Source: Opitutales bacterium
Lineage (GTDB): Bacteria > Verrucomicrobiota > Verrucomicrobiia > Opitutales > PNEW01
Assembly (NCBI GenBank): GCA_963692525.1
Contig: OY829953.1
Location: forward strand, 520,380-584,379
Direction: 5' to 3'
DNA length: 64,000 nucleotides
Shown here: positions 59,852 through 64,000 of the stretch, piece by piece
Numbering within the stretch: the first letter of the stretch is position 1
Layout: each line of letters opens with the position of its first letter
Notes under the pieces: generated by a model
The model's database searches: none
Seen by the model: only the letters and a program-made list of their open reading frames with translations
What the model was told of the DNA's origin: nothing
Made by a program: the position numbers and the translations under genes

Positions 59852-61849
59852 TTAACTACTTGTCCACTTTATCCACATTTCCCGGTAGGCGCTCTCGAGA
59901 CCTTTTGTAAAACCTACCTCGTCCATCAAAGGGCTTTTCTCCATGCGCGATCGAAGGGTTTTTCGCAGATCCGCCAGCGCCCCCAAGTCTGATGCCAGGG
60001 AACAGGCAATCGTGACATAATCCTCTTCATTTTTCGCAATTAAATGTTGCAGCTCTACCTGACTTAAAAGACTCACTCCCACGCGAGATCGATGAGCTTC
60101 CCCCTCCAGGGTAATGACCGGCACACCCATATAAAGTGCTTCGCAGGTTGTCGTTGTCCCGTGATAGGGAAAGGGATCGAGTGCAATGTCTATCTCTTGA
60201 TAATGCTCCAAATGGCGATTGTAGGAGGGTTCATAGGACATCAATGTAATCCGCTCCTGGCTTATTCCAATCGACTTAAAGCATTCGCATACGCGCTTGC
60301 GCACACCGGCGTCTCCCAGGCTTTTAGTTTTAAGCACGAGCTGCGAATCGGCTACCTGTATTAAGATTTTTCCCCAAAGAAGGTAGACCTTTTCATTAAG
60401 CTTAGGGAAGGTATTAAAGGAACCGAAAGTGATGAACCCTTTATTTCGAGCAGGTAGATCCGATAGCGGAGGAGGGGAACCAAAAGGACGATAATTCCAG
60501 GCGGTGGGCTCGAGACGGATAAGTTGCTCCGTATACCATTTTTCTGTTTTACCTGGTGGATCAGCATAGTTATCTGTCAGTCGGTAATCCATAGCGGATA
60601 ATCCTGTGGTATCAGGGTAGCCAAGATAGCTTACTTGCACTGGAGCCGGTTTTTGGGCAAAGACCAAAAGGTAGTTCTTACCGGTATGGCCAACGAGATC
60701 AATCAGTATATCAATCTCATCATTTCTGATTTGAGAAATAATTTGATTGATGGATAGCCCTAACACCGATTTCCAGTGATGCGACATGGCCTTTAATCGG
60801 TTCGTCGTCTCATCGGGTCTCATAACTGCGGAATAGCAAAATATCTCAAAACGCTCTCTATCGTGATGAGCGAAAATGGGCTCGAGAAAATAAGCTATGG
60901 AGTGGCTTCTGAAATCCGGAGAGAGGTATCCGATTCTCAGACGTTTTTCGGGCTCTTTGTTATTCGTAAAATCAGGATTATTTTCGGAATCCAACCTAAA
61001 TTTCTTAGCCCAGGCGAGGTGTTCTTCAAATATGGATTTACTGTCGTATTCCGTACTGTAATGAAGTGTCAGCAGGAGATTAGAGTAAGCATTGGCATAG
61101 TCTGGCTTGAGGGCCAGGGTACGCCGGTAACTAGCGATTGCCTCCTCAAGCTTTCCCTGTTGTTTAAGCGCATTGCCTAAATTGCAGTAAGACTCAGCAT
61201 AGTCAGGCTTAACCTTGAGTGCGCGCTTTAAGCTGGTCACCGCCTCCTCAAGCTCACCCCGCTCACAAAGCGCACAGGCTATGTTATTACTGGCCTGCGC
61301 AAAATTGGGCACAAGGGAAATTGCACGTTTATAACATTGAATGGCATCCTCAAGCTTTCCTTGAGCATGATAGGCTATACCCAGCTTGTTATGCGCCTCT
61401 GCATTATCAGGCTTAAGGGCAAGCATCTGCTGGTAACTGGCGACAGCTTCAACAAAGTTCCCCTGGGCGTAGGGGGCATTTCCGAGATTATTGTGTGCCT
61501 CGAGGTAATCCTGTTTGAGGGTGAGGGCTTGACGAAAACATAATATAGCATCTTCTGTTTTTCCTTTAGCCCTCAGTGCGCCGCCCAGGCTGTTAACGGC
61601 TTGAGCGCTTTCCGGTTTCAGGACCAGTGAGCGTTTTATTAAGTCAATCGCACTATCGTAATTACCCGTCTGGTAAGCAATGACACCCCAATGCTGCAAT
61701 GCGTCGGCATGATCGGGTTTTATTGCTAAAATCTTTTTATAACAGGTTTCAGCCTGGGATAAACGGCCGGACCGGTGATGCTTAAGCGCAAGCGCAAACA
61801 CCTGCTCGATGGTCAATGATTTTTCGTCAGAATTTTGGTTCTTATTCAC
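59852..61849 (-). CDS. TPR-containing protein O-glycosyltransferase, SPINDLY/OGT (GT41) family
   Basis: About 7 TPRs; RLRIGYLSPDFRSHS, APVQVSYLGYPDTTG, FGSFN..K, LDPFPYHGTTTTCEAL. Confidence 0.92.
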   Translation of the reverse strand: MNKNQNSDEKSLTIEQVFALALKHHRSGRLSQAETCYKKILAIKPDHADALQHWGVIAYQTGNYDSAIDLIKRSLVLKPESAQAVNSLGGALRAKGKTEDAILCFRQALTLKQDYLEAHNNLGNAPYAQGNFVEAVASYQQMLALKPDNAEAHNKLGIAYHAQGKLEDAIQCYKRAISLVPNFAQASNNIACALCERGELEEAVTSLKRALKVKPDYAESYCNLGNALKQQGKLEEAIASYRRTLALKPDYANAYSNLLLTLHYSTEYDSKSIFEEHLAWAKKFRLDSENNPDFTNNKEPEKRLRIGYLSPDFRSHSIAYFLEPIFAHHDRERFEIFCYSAVMRPDETTNRLKAMSHHWKSVLGLSINQIISQIRNDEIDILIDLVGHTGKNYLLVFAQKPAPVQVSYLGYPDTTGLSAMDYRLTDNYADPPGKTEKWYTEQLIRLEPTAWNYRPFGSPPPLSDLPARNKGFITFGSFNTFPKLNEKVYLLWGKILIQVADSQLVLKTKSLGDAGVRKRVCECFKSIGISQERITLMSYEPSYNRHLEHYQEIDIALDPFPYHGTTTTCEALYMGVPVITLEGEAHRSRVGVSLLSQVELQHLIAKNEEDYVTIACSLASDLGALADLRKTLRSRMEKSPLMDEVGFTKGLESAYREMWIKWTSS

Positions 61850-61991
61850 GCTTTTTTATATACCGCGGATTACGCGGATGGCACTGACTTATTTTATGTA
61901 TTGTATTATCACGGATAACACTAATTTATTCTATAGAGTGGTTAAGAAGGTCAAGCAGATGCACAATCCATGATACAGGTTAGATAAAGCA

Positions 61992-62246
61992 GCGTGGACT
62001 TCGATGAGCGGTTCGGCTGCATTCAGCCCTGAAACTTCGGCGTGGTAAACGGCGGGACGATGACTGATCGTGGCCGCGAAGTAACATGAGTAATTTTCTG
62101 TATAATGTAGATCGGCAATCGTTCTACTGAGTGAAGTTTAGCATCCAGGGACTGTGATTACGCAAGAGTCATCCCCCTTGAATGGAAGATGTGGTCCCGC
62201 AGCCACGAGACACGGTAACCTCGGTCGGCTGATAGGCCTCCCTCCA
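61992..62246 (+). ncRNA. Candidate structured non-coding RNA (6S-like rod, or group-I-like)
   Basis: Several by-eye long-range helices in a GC-richer intergenic stretch; family not established. Confidence 0.4.
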
Positions 62247-62276
62247 GCCTTCGCTCGTTGAGCTATGGCCGACAGG
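62244..62276 (+). repeat. 33-bp REP-like element, same family as the tRNA-linked copies
   Basis: CCAGCCTTCGCTCGTTGAGCTATGGCCGACAGG vs CCAGCCTTCGCCCGTTGGGCTACGGCTGGCAGG at 48178. Confidence 0.8.
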
Positions 62277-62380
62277 TGCAATGAAAATAGAAGTATTAGC
62301 AATAAAGAAATATTTAGAACTCGCTGCCTGTTCATTCCTTTGTCATTTCGAATCCCGCGGCTGCGGGACGAGATCAGCAA

Positions 62381-64000
62381 TCAAACGATATAAACCAGCA
62401 CTTCACCGGGTTCCAGTTCTGTATCTGCAGCACCGTTTTCACCGACCAACACTCCCTCTTTTGAGGCATCGAGACCATTTCCCACGACGCCGTTAACCGT
62501 ACCAATATCGGTCGCAGCTACGATTGCAGCATGGGCGTTACCAGCCATATCAATGGTTAAAGGAGCACTGTTTACGGCGGCTATTGCGGCAGTGTCCAGT
62601 TGGATCGCGTTATTGCCAATTATAACATCCCCAATCGTCCCCGCAAGATCAGGGTCATTTCGGACTAACAATTCGTCCGCATCAGCCAGATCAGAATTCC
62701 CACCATCATCATCGACGGCATTAGCTAAAGTAGCAATATTTCCGTTGACACCCACTAATATATTCAATCCAACATAACCATCAGCATCGGTACCAGAACC
62801 TCTAGCTAAATCTATAGTATTGAGCTCGCCTGTTATGTTAGCTCCCTGGATAAAAACATCACCGACGCTTACGGTGCCGCCCGTTATGTCGGAATAGTTT
62901 TCTATCGTTGAGACGATTCCGTCAAAATCAATAGTCGGCGCGTTCGAGGGATCACCCGAAGTATCACCCACATAGAACAAGAGTTGATCATCACTAGCAA
63001 ATAAAAGACGTGTCTGTAACGATTGGCTACCCCCACCCATAAGCGTGATGTCACCGATTGCGCCCAGGGCAATAAAGCTGTTATCACTGCCAAATAAAGC
63101 CGTGTTTAAGATACCGAAACCTTGGGACGTGGAAATGTTAATATTGCCAATTGAATAATCACCCAGATTGCTGCCATTCTTTTCGACGGTTTCTTCAGCA
63201 GCGCCCACTCCGAGGTTAGGTGCGACAAAAACATTCAAATCATCAATCAAAGCATCCCCACTAACTGAAAGTGGCCCCGAGATGGTAAAATCGCCTATTG
63301 CACTGGCCTGGATGTCCACTTGTCCATTGGGATTGCCGAGAACCGAACCATTGATAACGATTCCTCCGATGATATCCAGCTCGCTTGTTCCATCGTCAGC
63401 GAGAATAGCCGGACCCGCACCCGCATTTATAAGAAGAGGGTCAAAATCGACACTGTCGCCAAAGGTGAGGGTACCCGAATCGGCCACTTTGATATTAGGA
63501 TTTCCACTGGTTGTATTGAAGACCGTGGCACCGGTAATTTCTAATGAATCCAGATTCACCGTGGATCGAAATCCCACTCCATTTCCAAATGTGGTCGCCC
63601 CATCTATCCTGATGGAACTGAATGTTGCAGCATTGAAATTACCGTTAATTGCCGTCGTCCCAGTGATATTAATAGGTCCGGCATTGTTGGCATTAAAAAC
63701 AGTACCTCCACCATTATTCAGGTCAACCGTGGCACCGGTAATTTGTATCGAGCCCGTATCTCCGTCACCGCTGTCAGCGTCGATAAACGCTGCGTCGACA
63801 TCCACCACGCTGTCGCTCACACCTGCATTCAGTTCAACAGTCCCAACGTCACTACGTCACTACCTGAATCGATAAAGCTATTCAGGTCGATAAGCGTGTT
63901 ATCTGTCGAGGTAGGCGTGTTTGTGGTATAGGAGACATTACCGACAGAAGATCCAATAATAATGGAGTTCTGTTCGATCGTCTGAAATGCGCTGACCGTA
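62381..64000 (-). pseudogene. 3' part of a large Gly/Asp/Asn/Thr-rich surface (S-layer or beta-helix-like) protein gene, frameshifted by an 8-bp duplication
   Basis: Open frame from 63999 stops at 63829-63831; removing one ACGTCACT copy (63846-63861) fuses it to the 479-aa ORF. Confidence 0.7.

Noticed and set aside
61992-62246. tmRNA, RNase P RNA, SRP RNA, tRNA-Sec or cobalamin riboswitch
   Set aside because: No T-arm plus acceptor stem, no GAGGAAAGUCC, no SRP GGAA loop motif and no convincing B12 box.

Overview
Bacterial chromosomal window. The pilin sequence style, the PilM-N-O-P-Q-like operon, DUF5069 and the gene order suggest a Verrucomicrobiota (Opitutia-like) organism; this is inference, not a database result. 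Most of the window is housekeeping: prfA-prmC, tyrA-aroA-cmk-plsC, thrH, pyrE, and rplY-pth-rpsF-ssb-rplI-dnaB-bamA-skp-lpxD-prs. It also holds a type IV pilus secretin operon, a xanthine-dehydrogenase-family molybdoenzyme operon, glycosyltransferases and tRNA-Arg(CCT). No CRISPR array, transposase or integrase was seen. The most unusual signals are: (1) two type IV pilin genes 21,954 bp apart that are identical over 394 bp while their homologous terminators have diverged with a compensatory change, suggesting gene conversion; (2) several REP-like palindrome families, in which a 30-33 bp element sits at the same position inside a second REP twice and also builds a 177-bp tandem array fused to the tRNA 3' end; (3) a highly base-pairable ~250-nt intergenic RNA candidate at ~62.0-62.25 kb with 6S-like geometry and group-I-like motifs; (4) an 8-bp tandem duplication that frameshifts a large surface-protein gene; (5) a perfect parS site. 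All alignments and folds were done by eye.
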